DNA from: a bacterium
GTDB taxonomy: Bacteria; Patescibacteriota; Saccharimonadia; Saccharimonadales; AWTP1-31
NCBI GenBank assembly: GCA_030426125.1
Contig: JAUHZB010000001.1
Location: forward strand, 158,583-222,582
DNA length: 64,000 nt
Reading direction: 5' to 3'
Shown here: piece by piece, positions 44,484 through 57,300 of the stretch
How the letters are laid out: each line of letters opens with the position of its first letter
Position numbering within the stretch: position 1 is the stretch's first letter
Made by a program: the position numbers and the translations under genes
Notes under the pieces: model-generated
The model's database searches: none
What the model was told of the DNA's origin: nothing
Seen by the model: only the letters and a program-made list of their open reading frames with translations

Positions 44484-45419
44484 ATGAATAAGCTAATGGA
44501 TAATATTATCGACACTGATCAGCTATTGCCAGGAAATTACGTGGTGGCTGTTTCTGGAGGAGTTGATTCAGTTAGCTTGCTGGACATTCTAGTAAAGGCA
44601 ATTAGTGAAATCGATAGTAAAAAAAGGCCAAAGTTAATCGTCGCTCACTATGATCACGGCATTAGGCCAGATTCACATTATGATCGTAGTTTGGTGCAGA
44701 ATTTAGCAAAAAAGCATAAGCTAACTTTCGTTTATGACGAGGGTAAGCTCGGCCCTGGGGTTAGTGAAACTGAAGCTAGGAGGGCTCGTTATCAGTTTTT
44801 AGAAAAGACCAAGCAAGCTAGTAACGCTCGAGCTATTATCACCGCTCATCATGCAGATGATGCAGTCGAGACGGCTGTAATTAATTTTAAGCGGGGAACT
44901 GGCAGAAAGGGTGTCTCCTCATTGGCTGATCACCCGCATATGCAACGGCCCTTGCTTCATTTATCTAAGGCAGAACTAATTAATTATGCTAAACAACAGG
45001 GACTAGTCTGGCGAGAAGATAGCACTAACCGTGATAGCGCTATTCTTAGAAACTATATCCGACTTAAGTTATCTCAAGTTAAGAAACACCCTAATTACCC
45101 AAAACTACTAGCTAGTTTAAAAAAGATACATCAGACCAATAGGGAATTAGACGGACTAATTGAGTCGTTTCTTCACTCCCAACCGGCTAGAAATGTTTTA
45201 GATCGGCATCAGTTTGCTGACCTGCCTTTTGACGTTGCTGTAGAGGTGATGGCCCAGTGGCTGCGTAACCAGAATATAACAACATTTAATAGCGGCTCAC
45301 TTCAAGACTTAGTGATAAAATGTAAGACATTGCCGGCAGGCAAGGTGGTTGATGTCGACGGTAACAATATTATTGACATAAATCCAGATAATTTAGCACT
45401 CGTAGCACGCGACCGCTAA
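44484..45419 (+). CDS. tilS: tRNA(Ile)-lysidine synthase
   Basis: PP-loop VAVSGGVDSVSLL. Positioned immediately upstream of ftsH, which is the conserved tilS-ftsH order. Confidence 0.85.
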   Translation: MNKLMDNIIDTDQLLPGNYVVAVSGGVDSVSLLDILVKAISEIDSKKRPKLIVAHYDHGIRPDSHYDRSLVQNLAKKHKLTFVYDEGKLGPGVSETEARRARYQFLEKTKQASNARAIITAHHADDAVETAVINFKRGTGRKGVSSLADHPHMQRPLLHLSKAELINYAKQQGLVWREDSTNRDSAILRNYIRLKLSQVKKHPNYPKLLASLKKIHQTNRELDGLIESFLHSQPARNVLDRHQFADLPFDVAVEVMAQWLRNQNITTFNSGSLQDLVIKCKTLPAGKVVDVDGNNIIDINPDNLALVARDR

Positions 45420-45442
45420 TTATCTGTTATAATTAGGAGTAT

Positions 45443-47302
45443 ATGGATAAGAAACCTTTCAAGCCCAAGAAATCTGGACCGGATAATAACAAGAAGAATA
45501 TTAAGAATGTAGGCTTTATAGCCTTAATTATTCTAATCGGTATGATAATCTTCGCGGCCACTGGCCAACCTGACAACTTACGTGAAGTGGCTTTTTCTGA
45601 TGTAATCACTAGGGCTAACGAGGGTGAAATTGCTAAGATTGAAGTTAAGAATAATGATCTGGAGATTACCAATAAGGGCGAGGATCAGCCTAGTCAGAAA
45701 TCACAAAAAGAACCAGGTTCAAGTATTTACGAACAGGGGCTAGAAAACCGTGATGTGGAAGTATCCGTCAAAAACGACAGCGGTAATAGTTTCTGGTTAA
45801 ATCTGGCTAGCGGTGTTATTCCAGTGCTAATTATTGGTGGCTTTTTGTTCTACATGCTTAGGAGTGCACAGGGTCAGGGTAATCAAGCGATGAGTTTCGG
45901 CAAGAGCAAAGCTCGTCTTTATGGTAATGAGAAAGACAAAGTAACCTTTAAAGATATTGCTGGTAGTAAAGAAGAGAAGTCCGATCTCCAGGAAGTAGTT
46001 GAATTCTTAAAGTTCCCTAAGAAATTTGAAGCTATCGGTGCCAAAATTCCTAAAGGAGTGCTGTTAGTCGGTCCTCCGGGAACTGGTAAAACTATGTTAG
46101 CTAGAGCTGTTGCCGGAGAAGCCAACGCCCCTTTCTTTAGTATTTCCGGATCCGAATTCGTAGAAATGTTTGTAGGTGTTGGTGCATCCCGGGTACGTGA
46201 CCTATTCGCCAAGGCTAAGAAAAACGCACCGTGCATTATCTTCATTGATGAAATTGACGCAGTTGGCCGGAAGCGTGGTAGCGGTATGGGCGGTGGCCAT
46301 GATGAACGTGAACAAACTCTAAACCAAATACTAGTAGAGATGGATGGTTTTGAACAAGGCACCAACGTTATTGTGTTGGCTGCTACCAACCGAGCTGATG
46401 TTCTTGATTCTGCACTGCAGCGTCCTGGTCGTTTCGACCGTAAGGTCAACATCGGTTTACCTGATCGCAAGGATAGGGAAGCAATTCTAAAAATTCACTT
46501 TGAGAAAAAGCCACTACATAAATCTGTCGATCTTGATGCACTGGCTGCCAAATCGGCTGGTTCTTCGGGTGCTGATCTAGCCAACATCGCCAATGAGGCA
46601 GCTATTGTAGCTGCTCGAAATAGCCGCAAAGAGATTACTCAGGACGACGTCACTGCTGCTTTTGAAAAGGTAGCGATTGGCCCTGAGCGTAAAGGTAAGA
46701 TAATGAGCGATAAGGAGAAAGAATTAACTGCTTATCACGAAGCCGGGCATGCCATAGTTGGGCACGTCTTGCCAGAGAGCGATATGGTCCATAAAGTGAC
46801 CATTATCCCAAGAGGTGGAACGGGCGGAGTAACTTGGTTTATACCACCAGAAGATCGTAGTTACCACTCAATTCTAGAGTACAAAGATATATTAGGAAGA
46901 ATGCTTGGTGGTCGAATTGCCGAAGAAGTGGTTTATGGACGAGGTCATGTCACTAACGGTGCTGGTGATGATTTACGTAAAGCCGCTGAACTAGCAAGAG
47001 ACATGGTGATTAATCAGGGTATGGGTCAGAAATTAAAAGACCAGGTCTTCCATGTTGATGAGGGTATGATGATGGAGCGTATGGTTCATGAGAAACAATA
47101 TTCCGATGAAACCGCTAAGATCATTGACGATGAAGTCGAAGCCCTTATTACTGAGGCTGCTAAGCGGGCTCGAGAAGTGATCAAAGCTAATCGTGACAAG
47201 CTAGAGGAGCTAAAAGATCGGCTTATTAAGAAAGAAACCGTTGAAGCTGAAGAAGTACTTGAGATTCTAAAAGGCTCGACACTACCAAAAAGTGTTGCCT
47301 AA
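45443..47302 (+). CDS. ftsH: ATP-dependent zinc metalloprotease FtsH
   Basis: Walker A GPPGTGKT, Walker [12 protein letters not shown] region, and zinc site HEAGHAIV. Confidence 0.95.
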   Translation: MDKKPFKPKKSGPDNNKKNIKNVGFIALIILIGMIIFAATGQPDNLREVAFSDVITRANEGEIAKIEVKNNDLEITNKGEDQPSQKSQKEPGSSIYEQGLENRDVEVSVKNDSGNSFWLNLASGVIPVLIIGGFLFYMLRSAQGQGNQAMSFGKSKARLYGNEKDKVTFKDIAGSKEEKSDLQEVVEFLKFPKKFEAIGAKIPKGVLLVGPPGTGKTMLARAVAGEANAPFFSISGSEFVEMFVGVGASRVRDLFAKAKKNAPCIIFIDEIDAVGRKRGSGMGGGHDEREQTLNQILVEMDGFEQGTNVIVLAATNRADVLDSALQRPGRFDRKVNIGLPDRKDREAILKIHFEKKPLHKSVDLDALAAKSAGSSGADLANIANEAAIVAARNSRKEITQDDVTAAFEKVAIGPERKGKIMSDKEKELTAYHEAGHAIVGHVLPESDMVHKVTIIPRGGTGGVTWFIPPEDRSYHSILEYKDILGRMLGGRIAEEVVYGRGHVTNGAGDDLRKAAELARDMVINQGMGQKLKDQVFHVDEGMMMERMVHEKQYSDETAKIIDDEVEALITEAAKRAREVIKANRDKLEELKDRLIKKETVEAEEVLEILKGSTLPKSVA

Positions 47303-47375
47303 GTTTTCTACAGAGTTCTACACTTTTTAATTATTAACTGGCTTGATGCTTAAACACTCTTTATAATAGAGTTAA

Positions 47376-48977
47376 ATGAATCGTTTAATTCGTCGTGCAA
47401 ATAAAAAAATATCTTTAAGTAATGCTGCAACACTGCTGGTTGTTACTTCTTTGCTCGGACAGGTACTAGGTTTTCTTAGAGTGAAGTTGGTTAATGGTAA
47501 CTTTGATTACTTAGGTCCGAATAGTACTGATGCCTTTTTCGCGGCTTTTAAGATTCCAGACTTTTTCTATTTCACGATTGCTGCCGGTGCCCTTGGTGTA
47601 GCTTTTATGCCAGTGCTAGCCGATCATCTACAGAAACATGATCGCAAAGGAGTCTGGGGCCTATCGACTAGTCTTATGAATTTCTTAGCCATAATTATGT
47701 TTGTAATTGGCGCCATTATCTTTATTTTTGCAGAACAATTAATCCATAATTTTGTAGCTCCTGATCTGGGGCCAACTCAGCTCCATAACGCCGTAACTAT
47801 AATGCGTCTAATAGCCTTTAACCCCTTGTTATTTACAATCTCCGGGATTCTAACTAGTGTTCAACAAACCTTCGGACGCTTCTTTTTCTTCGCTATTGCG
47901 CCACTGGTATATAACACCTCTATCATTATTAGCATTTTCGTTTTCAAAGATAATATCGGATTAATCGGGCTGGGAATTGGAGCTTTGATCGGTGCCTTGC
48001 TTCAGCTACTAATTGCTATTGTTGGAATATCTGGACTAAACTTCAAGTACTACAAGCTGATTGACTTTAAAGCGCCAGATTTTCGCAAGATTCTGCGCCA
48101 ATTACCACCGCGTTCGCTAGATCAAGGTATTACTTCGCTAAACAGTATTGTTAATACCAACTTTGCTAGGCGCCTGGGAACTGGAAATATTACTTTTTAT
48201 GAAAATGCCTTCGTGCTACATACCGCCCCGACTCTATTAATTGGTACAGCTATTTCTACTGCCGTGTTCCCGAGGTTTAATGAAAGTTTGGCTAAGGGTA
48301 AGAAGGCCGAGTTTAGGAAACAGTTCCTTCAGGTACTTAGAGTTATTATCTGGATCACTACCCCAGTGGTAGTGGTTTGCTTCTTTGCTAGAGGCTATTT
48401 AGCTCGTATTATCTTTACCCAGGCTGCTCCAGAAATAGCGATTGTCTTTGGATTCCTGGCTGGAGCTATATTCTTTAGAACAGTCTATACCATAGTTTCT
48501 CGCTACTTCTATGCCCAAAAAGATACCTGGTCCCCCTTAGTAGATAGCTTATTTGCAATTATTCTAAACTTCACGCTTGTTTCGATACTAGCCCGACCAT
48601 CAAGCTATGGTATTAGTGGTATTGCTCTAGCAGAATCAATTGTGGCTGGCTTCCAGCTACTGATTCTTTCCTTAATCATGTTGTACCGCGATCCAAAACT
48701 ATTTGATCGTCATTTCTGGGGTGGAGTAGGACGTATCTTCTCTATTACTGGGTTTACGGTAGTGGCAACTTACATTATGGTTAGTATTTTCCCGTTGCAG
48801 GTAACAGACGTTGGTTTCTTATCTCTTGGCTTTAAGCTGGCTGTAATTTCAGCCGTGGCCTTTTCTGTTCATTTATCTTTGTCAAAACTATTTGGCCTAG
48901 AAGAAGCTGAACCAATCTTTAGTAAGCTAAAAAATATTCGTAAATTTATGTTCAAACAAATCCGAGTCAACGTCTAG
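47376..48977 (+). CDS. murJ: Lipid II flippase MurJ/MviN
   Basis: 533 aa and about 14 TM. The N-terminal SR.LGF.R..L....FG....DAFF.AF.IP pattern matches. Confidence 0.8.
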   Translation: MNRLIRRANKKISLSNAATLLVVTSLLGQVLGFLRVKLVNGNFDYLGPNSTDAFFAAFKIPDFFYFTIAAGALGVAFMPVLADHLQKHDRKGVWGLSTSLMNFLAIIMFVIGAIIFIFAEQLIHNFVAPDLGPTQLHNAVTIMRLIAFNPLLFTISGILTSVQQTFGRFFFFAIAPLVYNTSIIISIFVFKDNIGLIGLGIGALIGALLQLLIAIVGISGLNFKYYKLIDFKAPDFRKILRQLPPRSLDQGITSLNSIVNTNFARRLGTGNITFYENAFVLHTAPTLLIGTAISTAVFPRFNESLAKGKKAEFRKQFLQVLRVIIWITTPVVVVCFFARGYLARIIFTQAAPEIAIVFGFLAGAIFFRTVYTIVSRYFYAQKDTWSPLVDSLFAIILNFTLVSILARPSSYGISGIALAESIVAGFQLLILSLIMLYRDPKLFDRHFWGGVGRIFSITGFTVVATYIMVSIFPLQVTDVGFLSLGFKLAVISAVAFSVHLSLSKLFGLEEAEPIFSKLKNIRKFMFKQIRVNV

Positions 48978-49010
48978 TAGATAATAGCCACCTCTGTTAT
49001 ACTGGTTGGA

Positions 49011-50792
49011 ATGGACCAATCACACATTAGAAATTTCTGCATTATTGCGCATATTGATCACGGTAAATCGACGCTAGCCGATCGGTTGTTGGAATTGACT
49101 GATACTATCCAGCGACGTGATATGAAATCTCAGTTACTAGATAAAATGGATCTAGAACGAGAACGTGGCATAACGATTAAGCTAGCACCAGTCCGCATGA
49201 AGCACCAAGACTATGAACTGAATCTAATAGATACTCCGGGACATGTAGATTTTAGTTATGAAGTATCGCGTAGTCTAGAAGCCTGCGAAGGGGCAATATT
49301 AGTGGTCGATGCCTCACAGGGTATTCAAGCCCAGACACTGGCCAATGTATATTTAGCGATGGCTGCTGATCTAAAGATAATACCGGTGCTTAATAAAATA
49401 GATTTACCGGCTGCTGATGTCGAAAAAGTTAGCGCCGAAGCGGTTGCCCTGCTGGGCTGTGAAAAGGAAGAAATATTACATATCAGTGCCAAAACCGGTG
49501 AGGGGGTTGATCAGGTGCTAGAAAAAGTAGTCAACGATGTTCCAGCTCCAAGCGGACAGCCGGAGCAAAATACCAGAGCCTTAATTTTCGATAGTTACTA
49601 CGACGAGTACCGCGGAGTTGTTCTCTACGTTCGAGTAGTTGATGGAAAAATAGCCAAGGGTAGTGAGATTACGATGATGGCCACAGGAGCTAATGGGCTA
49701 GCTTTAGAACTTGGATCGCTTAATCCAAATCTCAGCCCAGCGCCGCATCTGGCTACTGGTGAGATTGGCTATATTGTTACAAACCTCAGAAGCACCAAAG
49801 AAGCTAAAGTTGGAGACACTGTCACTATAAAGAGTAAACCAGCTAGTGATGCTTTGCCAGGCTATAAAGATGTTAAACCATTTGTCTATGCTGGAATATT
49901 CCCAGATAGTAATGAGAACTATCAGCTACTAAAAGAAGCAATCGAAAAGCTATCTTTGAGTGACTCTGCTCTGCAATTTACCCCAGAGAATTCATCAGTT
50001 CTAGGCTTTGGAGTGCGGGTTGGTTTTCTGGGGTTGCTACACATGGACATTGTTCGAGAGAGGTTAGAACGAGAGTATGATCTTGAGCTTGTTATTACCA
50101 ACCCTTCGACGGACTACCAGCTAACTTTAGTTAGTGGCGAGCAGTTAGATATTAAAAGTGCTACTGAACTACCAGATCCTTCTAAAATAGTAGAGATCCG
50201 GGAACCTTGGATAAAAGGTGAAGTGGTGGTACCTAAAGAATATGTTGGCGCAGTAATTCAGCTAATTTCATCCAAGCGTGGACTGCAAAAGAATCTATCT
50301 TACGTAGATGCTCAGCTGGCACTATTAACATTCGAGGCCCCTCTAGCTAATCTACTTACCGATTTTTATGATCAACTGAAGAGTGTGACTAGTGGTTACG
50401 GTAGCTTTAATTACGAGCTTGATAATTACCGGGCGGAGGATTTAGTGAAGGTGGATTTCTACGTAGCTGGCGAAATTGTGGAAGCATTAAGCGTGATGGT
50501 CCACCGCAGTGAATCACAAAAGCTAGGGCGAGAAATTGTCGATAAACTAAAAGAAGTGATACCTCGGCAAAACTTCAAGGTTGCTCTTCAAGCAGCTATT
50601 GGCGGTAAGTTTATAGCTCGGGCTGATCTTAGTGCTTTTAGAAAAGACGTTACTACTGGTCTATACGGTGGTGATGTTTCCAGAAAGAAAAAGGTACTAG
50701 CCAAGCAGGCTAAAGGAAAGAAGCGTCTTAAACGGTTTGGAAAAGTAGATATACCACCAGAGGCATTCACGGTAATGCTGTCTAATGAATAA
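49011..50792 (+). CDS. lepA: Translation elongation factor 4
   Basis: IRNFCIIAHIDHGKSTLADR and DTPGHVDF, plus the LepA-specific C-terminal domain. Confidence 0.95.
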   Translation: MDQSHIRNFCIIAHIDHGKSTLADRLLELTDTIQRRDMKSQLLDKMDLERERGITIKLAPVRMKHQDYELNLIDTPGHVDFSYEVSRSLEACEGAILVVDASQGIQAQTLANVYLAMAADLKIIPVLNKIDLPAADVEKVSAEAVALLGCEKEEILHISAKTGEGVDQVLEKVVNDVPAPSGQPEQNTRALIFDSYYDEYRGVVLYVRVVDGKIAKGSEITMMATGANGLALELGSLNPNLSPAPHLATGEIGYIVTNLRSTKEAKVGDTVTIKSKPASDALPGYKDVKPFVYAGIFPDSNENYQLLKEAIEKLSLSDSALQFTPENSSVLGFGVRVGFLGLLHMDIVRERLEREYDLELVITNPSTDYQLTLVSGEQLDIKSATELPDPSKIVEIREPWIKGEVVVPKEYVGAVIQLISSKRGLQKNLSYVDAQLALLTFEAPLANLLTDFYDQLKSVTSGYGSFNYELDNYRAEDLVKVDFYVAGEIVEALSVMVHRSESQKLGREIVDKLKEVIPRQNFKVALQAAIGGKFIARADLSAFRKDVTTGLYGGDVSRKKKVLAKQAKGKKRLKRFGKVDIPPEAFTVMLSNE

Positions 50793-50815
50793 ATAGCTGA
50801 CTAATATAGAATAGA

Positions 50816-51268
50816 TTATTTAACAATTATTCGAGTAGCAACCTGATCGCCGCCCTTACCGTTGGTAAAGACAGTTACACCTTCGTTTTCTTGTACTTCA
50901 CTAAGGCTGATTACTTTGGAGTTTCGTGTAACTGCTGTTTGGTCGTTGGTCTGGATTTTGACTGATTCACCATCGGTTTTTTTAACAGTAATGCTGTTGT
51001 CCGAAACATTTTCAGCTGAGCCGATCAGAGTGAAAGGGAAAGAGCTGTTTTTGGAAATAGCATTTATTGGGTTCAGAAGATCAGTAACGTTTTGAACTAG
51101 TTCACTAGACCCTTCCTGTTTTCCGACTTTATGACCGAAGTAATAGCCAACACCACCAGATGCTCCAACAAGAACGAATAGTAATAGAATTATGATTAGA
51201 TTTTTCTTATCGAAACTGCCCATTAATTTGGCAGTTGATGTTTCACTATCTTTTGAACTCACTTGCAT
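50816..51268 (-). CDS. Membrane-anchored hypothetical protein
   Basis: 150-aa ORF with TM segment LIIILLLFVLVGASGGVGYYF. Confidence 0.5.
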   Translation of the reverse strand: MQVSSKDSETSTAKLMGSFDKKNLIIILLLFVLVGASGGVGYYFGHKVGKQEGSSELVQNVTDLLNPINAISKNSSFPFTLIGSAENVSDNSITVKKTDGESVKIQTNDQTAVTRNSKVISLSEVQENEGVTVFTNGKGGDQVATRIIVK

Positions 51269-51363
51269 ATTACTCCTGTTTATAATCTTCTTAGCCTAAT
51301 AAATATTATTGTAACATAAGCATTTTGTTTGTTATACTGAAATTAATCTTTCAAGAGTGTGTA

Positions 51364-54300
51364 ATGAAAAAAATACCTATCAAACAATTGTTTAAAAATT
51401 CGACCTTAAGAATACAGCTGTTAACGGCTGTATTTGTATTAGTGGTGGCGGTATTTGGCTTTGGTTATTATTTTGCGGTGGTTAGCCCGTCAACTGCCAG
51501 AGCAGCATTTAGCGGGCTAGGAAACGGAGAAGAACATGATCCATTCCAAATAACTACCTGTGAACAACTACAGTCTATTGGCGATTCACCAAATGGCTAT
51601 AACTATGTATTTATGAATGACATTGATTGTAGCGATACAATTAATTGGGATGACGGTAAGGGCTTTAAGCCTATTAGTGGCTACGGCTGGGGTCGGGTAA
51701 ACGGCCGAAATTACAAAGTAACTGATCTATACATCAATCGGCCTACTGAGTATGCTGTTGGGTTATTCGCTTATCCAGATAAGGGAGCTATTATCGAGAA
51801 CTTTACACTTGATAAAAGTCCTGAAAACGCTGATAGGATAGATATTAATGGTGCACGGTCTGTAGGTGCTGTAGCGGCTGAGTTTAGGGGTCGTGAAATA
51901 TATAACGTCCATAGTTCATTAAACGTGCAGGGTAATGGTCAAGCTCTGGACACTGGCGATCCAAATGATTTTGGAATGTCGCTGGGAGGGCTAGTTGGTC
52001 TTAATTGGTCAACAATTAACAAAAGCTCTAGTACTGGGAATGTTAGAGTTGCAGATAACGAGCTAGCCGGTAAATGGGCTAACATTGGAGGTTTGGTTGG
52101 TGTTTCAAGTCCGAATCAAGAAGTTAATGTAAGTCAGGCTAGAATATTAAGTAGCTTTGCAACTGGAGATATTAGTAATAGTTCAGGTCAGTACGCTTCA
52201 ACTGGAAGTTGTGGAGGTTTGGTTGGAGGTGTGGACGTTACTAGCTCCTATGTTACCGAGAACAATGTGAGTAACTCTTATTCTACTGGTGACGTAACGT
52301 GTGTTCGTGAATCTCAATCACCAAACAGCGGTGGTTTTATTGGTTCAATAGTTATTGCAAGTCAAGCATCGGTTACTCCAATTATTACAAATAACTTTAC
52401 CGTTAGTGACGTCAGTGGTTCATCTAGGCAAGGCGGGTTCTATGGGGGTATATACAATAACTCTAATGGAGCAGTTTTCAACCCAGATCTAACTTCAAAT
52501 TATTTTGATGCTACCAGAACAGGTTCTGCAGACTGTGGTGATGCTTCAACCACTTGTAACGCTGTGAATGTTGGAGGCTCTGAGCCAAACTACTTCTCAG
52601 CAAGCAATAATCCGTCACTATTTTCAACTTGGGATCAGACCGAATTTGGCGACTGGGAATTGAGTAACCCGTACCCTATTCATCAAACATCTGTAGTTAG
52701 GGCTAATCCGGTTGCTAATTTTAGCGTAGTTCGTGATGGAGATGATTTTATAGCTACCTGGGAGCGACCAACTAATGTTGAAAATCGGTTCGTAGATAAC
52801 GTTAATTACCACCTATTTATACAGGATGTTGGAAATAACGGTTCATATGATAACAGCCAGGTCGTGATCACCCCTGGTTCTACCTCAGCTATTGTTAGTG
52901 GCTTGGCGATTCCTGGTAAATACAATTTCAAAATTCAAGCTGTTTCTAATGATGGTGAACAGAATATCTTAGGTTTATTCACCCCAAGTCTTGAAGTTTC
53001 AAGTGGTATGCCGGCTTCAGCTCCTGCAAATCTTACAGTTGATCCAAGAGCTAAATCCTTGAGTGTAGAGTGGGATAGCGTAGAAGAAGCTACTAGCTAT
53101 CAATTACAATTTAGAAAAGTAGGTCAGAGTGAATGGAGTGACGGTAGTCTGTACGGTAGTTTAAATGGAACTACAGCTGTTATTGCCGCTCTAGAAAATT
53201 TGCAATCTTACCAGATTAGGGTAGCCGGAACGAACGTTGCTGGGGCTGGTCCATGGTCGGAGCCTGTCACGGCAATTACTATACCGCAAACTGAGTATCA
53301 GATAACTAATTGTCAGGAGCTTGAGGATGTTAGTGACGACATGGAGGGTATATATACACTAGCTAACGACATTGATTGTAGTAGTATCGCCAACTTTCAA
53401 CCAATTGGTGGTAGCGATAGTATCTTCGTTGGATCTTTCGATGGAAATGGCAAAACTATTTCTAATCTTACTATTCAGCGAGATCTAGAATCAGATAACT
53501 CAGTATTTGCTGGTATTGGACTATTTGGCGCTGTCTTTAAGGCAGACCTGCAAGACATCACGCTTGCTGATAGTACTATTATTGGTGGCTCAATAATTAA
53601 TGAATCATTTGATCAGGATGGAAATGGATTGCCAGATGCTCCAGAGCCTAATCTTGATGTGTCGAACCCAATAGTATTTGCAGATTCAGCTGTTAATACT
53701 CTATTTGAGTTCGGATTCACCGTGCTAGGTGGTTTCCCGCGGGTTGCTGTCGGTGGTGTAGCTGGTGTGATAGCAACTGAGAATAGCACTTACAGTGATA
53801 TAAGTGTACTTAATACTACTGTCCAGGGAACAGTGGCCGGTGGTGCCTTTGGTGCAGTAATCCCAGCTCTTACGCCCGCTGAAATAGCTAATGAGGCGGC
53901 TAACAGCATTGATCAAAACGGACAGTTAAACCTTACAGATAATGAGGTGGTCTTAAATAATATAAGAACTAGTGGGTTGGTAAATGGGTTTGCAAGTGGT
54001 GGAATTGTTGGTCTAGCAACTTCTGGTATTGGTAGCGCCTTTGATCTAGACAACAACACATTTACTATCCAGAATTCTTCTTCCAGCTCTATAGTTGAGG
54101 GTAATGTATCTGGTGGAGTAATTGCAGTTGCAGGATCATTATCTCCTGCTGGCATAGCTTTTGCAGTAGCTGAACTTAATTCTTTAGGCAATCCTACTGG
54201 CGAAATACTAAGAGATCCGATTCAGACGGTTCTAAGAAACCAAAGTGTAATAATTAAGAATACTACGACAAGTGGTAGCGTTAATTCCTGTAATGGATAT

Positions 54301-57300
54301 ACGGACTTCCGGCTAGGTTCGCTAGGTGGTCTAGTTGGTGCTGGGGTTGGCGTTAGTATTCAGAACTCAAGTTCGACAAGCGATATTGAAGTTTGTAGCG
54401 ATTCAACCCTGACTCAGTTAGCTTACGGTGGTTTTAGTGGTGGACTGGGCGGAGCTTTGGTAAGCTCTAATCTAAAAGATAGTAGTTACTCTGGTGACAT
54501 TTCGCTAGTCAATGATTCAAATATAGGTGAAGATGGCGGACATGATGGTGGTTATGATGGAGCCAGTGCTTACTTCGGAGCTTCCGGTGGATTAGTCGGT
54601 TTTATGCTGACTGGTGAAGATGACTCCAATGGTGATTATGCAATAGACAATAGTTCTTCAGCTGGAACGATGGATATTGGTGGTAAACAAGGACTGCTGT
54701 CTTTCAGTGGTGGACTAACTGGATTGTACCTTGGTAGCGGAACCATTATTGATTCTAATTCTAGTCAAGATATACAAACCTATAACTTTAAGAATGGTTC
54801 ATACGGCGGACTATCTATATCTGGTGGACTAACTGGCTTTAGTCTTGGGGTTGATATGCCATGGCTAATAGATACTGGAACAACAGCGCCAATTAATATG
54901 ACTTCAGCAGTGCCTACACACGGAATAAATATTGTTAACTCCGAGGCTAGTGGTGATGTAGTTACCAATAAAAACACTGGCGGTGCAATACTGGCTGTTT
55001 CTGGAGGAATGTCAGGCTTAATTTTCGGACAATCGAACATTATTAGCTCTAATGCTACTGGTAACGTAACTTCCAATATCCCAGATGATTTAAATCTGCT
55101 AGCTGACGAAAACGGTTTTGATTTTACTGCCCAGAACTTCGGAACAGCTATATCTGGCGGTTTGATCGGTTCAGTGTATGGTCTAGACCTTCCTAGGGTG
55201 GCAACTAGCGCTTTGATAGGCACGGGGCTAATGGCCGACAATCAGGCAGTGGTTAGTGACGGTGGTGTAATTATTGATGATTCTTATGCCAGTGGAAACG
55301 TTTCAGCCAACATTTCTGGTGGTTTAATTGGTAGCGCTGAGATGAAAGTAGACATCCAGAAAACTTACACTGAAGGTAACGTAAAGGGTCAGATTGCTGG
55401 AGGTCTAGTTGGTCAAACTGGATTAATCAGTACTATTGCCGATATTGGTTTGTATTATGGCATGAATTTCGTTTCAACCGCCCAACGATTAGACAACCCT
55501 AGTGGCTTTGACGGATTCCTTAGTTTTATTGGCGTAGTGTTAGATAATTTTAACGAAGCAACTGGTCCAGTAAATATTGACAATACCTACACGACTGGGA
55601 ATGTGACTACCAGGGCCTACGTGGCTGACATTGGTAAAATATTTAACCCAGGGCAGTCTGACAAAGATACTAAATTTAGGTTACCAACTGTTGCCGGTGG
55701 TCTCGCTGGACTGTATATGGCTCCAGGTGGTTCAGTGACCAATTCATATTCCAGTGGAAAAATTACCGTTGAAGAACGACCGGTTGGCGATGACGTTAAT
55801 CCAAATCTGAAGATAGCCGATATCCCGAGTTTTGCTGGTGGAATATTTGGTGTAAACATTGCCAATCCACAACTTAAGCTAAGTGAACTTTTGAAAATAG
55901 ATCTAGAAAAAGAAGTATGGGATGCTGAGGAATATAATTCGAATGTAGAAGAAAGTATCATGGCCGTACTCAATAAGTATGATACTGAGGACCCTGACAC
56001 TAACTTTGATTCACTACTCCAGACTCCAGCGGTGGTTGAGAATGTATTCTCAGTCTCCGAGCTTGATCTAACAGACAAAACCTTTACCGGTGGGCTTAGT
56101 GGCTTCTACATTTCTTCTATCGACATCCTAAAGAGTCTAATTGATGTTCGTGAGCAGTACTTCGTCGAACCTAGCCAAGAGCAAAATCCAGAAGATCCAG
56201 CTTATGTCAGCGTGACTACTGACATAAACCCTAGCAATTTCACCAAGATCGACAATGTTTATATGGATCGATCAAAGATTTCGGTTAGCAACTGTAACTA
56301 TAAAGAAAACCTAGGAAGGACTGGACTTAATTATTTGGATGACAGCTCTTTTGCATTACCTGATGGCGAGGGTGGGCTAGAGCAAGCCCCTATCCCACAA
56401 TACGATGAGCTTCCAGATGAAGAAAAAGAACAAGTAGATGGAATCTTAGATTCAATGGTTGCTGACTTATTTGCTGGCGCTTTGCCACAGCAGGCTTGTA
56501 ATTTTATTAATAGCGATAACTCTCAGCCACAGTACTTCGTTAACAACAACATCAATGCACCGCTTAATGAATGGGATTTTGAAAATACTTGGAAAGTGCG
56601 AACTGATGACTATCCAAAATTTGTAGCTGGTGCTACTACTACACCAACAGATCCTACAGGCCCCACCGATCCAACGGATCCGGTTAACCCAACTGATCCG
56701 ACTGATCCTTCAGATCCAGGCAGCAGCCCTTCAGGTGACGATAGCAGCTCTACAGTAGTAGTTAATAGAACCAATGCTGTTACTCCACCAGGAGATATAA
56801 CTAACCAGGAAGCTAAAGATCAGATTCGCCAACAACTTCTAACTGTAGGTAGTATTAACCCTGATCCGGAACAAGTAAAAGGCCTAAAGGCAATACTTGG
56901 TAGTGTTCCGCCGATCTTAGCCCAAAGCATCCCTTATTCGCTAATTTTCTTGATGCTAGTACTAGCCACCTTATACTCCTGGCAGGCAATGCGTGAGTAC
57001 AGAGAGCTTAATAAGTATCACCGTAGCCTATCTAAGATTATGGCTACAAAAGAATCCATAGATAATTACCTGGCAATAACTACCCACTACTTAAATACCC
57101 CAGCGGCCATTATGAATGGTGCAGTTGAGCTGATGACCTCACTAAAGAAGATATCTAAGCCCAAAGCTGATACTTTGACTAGCAAGATTAAGAAATTCTC
57201 AGCTTCGGTTAACGAACTAGTGGTCGCCAACCAAGTATCTAGTGCCCGTTCTACCAATGATGAGATGATCATTAAGCACAAACAACAGAATCCATACAAG

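Noticed and set aside
45919-46470. Long antisense ORFs inside ftsH (45919-46470), dnaK (61126-61746), dus (13150-13746), the MscS gene (4125-4436) and the giant genes (e.g. 54780-55241, 55617-56078)
   Set aside because: Each is fully nested opposite a gene with strong family signatures. Their composition is Ser/Pro/Arg-rich, typical of shadow frames, and none has independent start signals.
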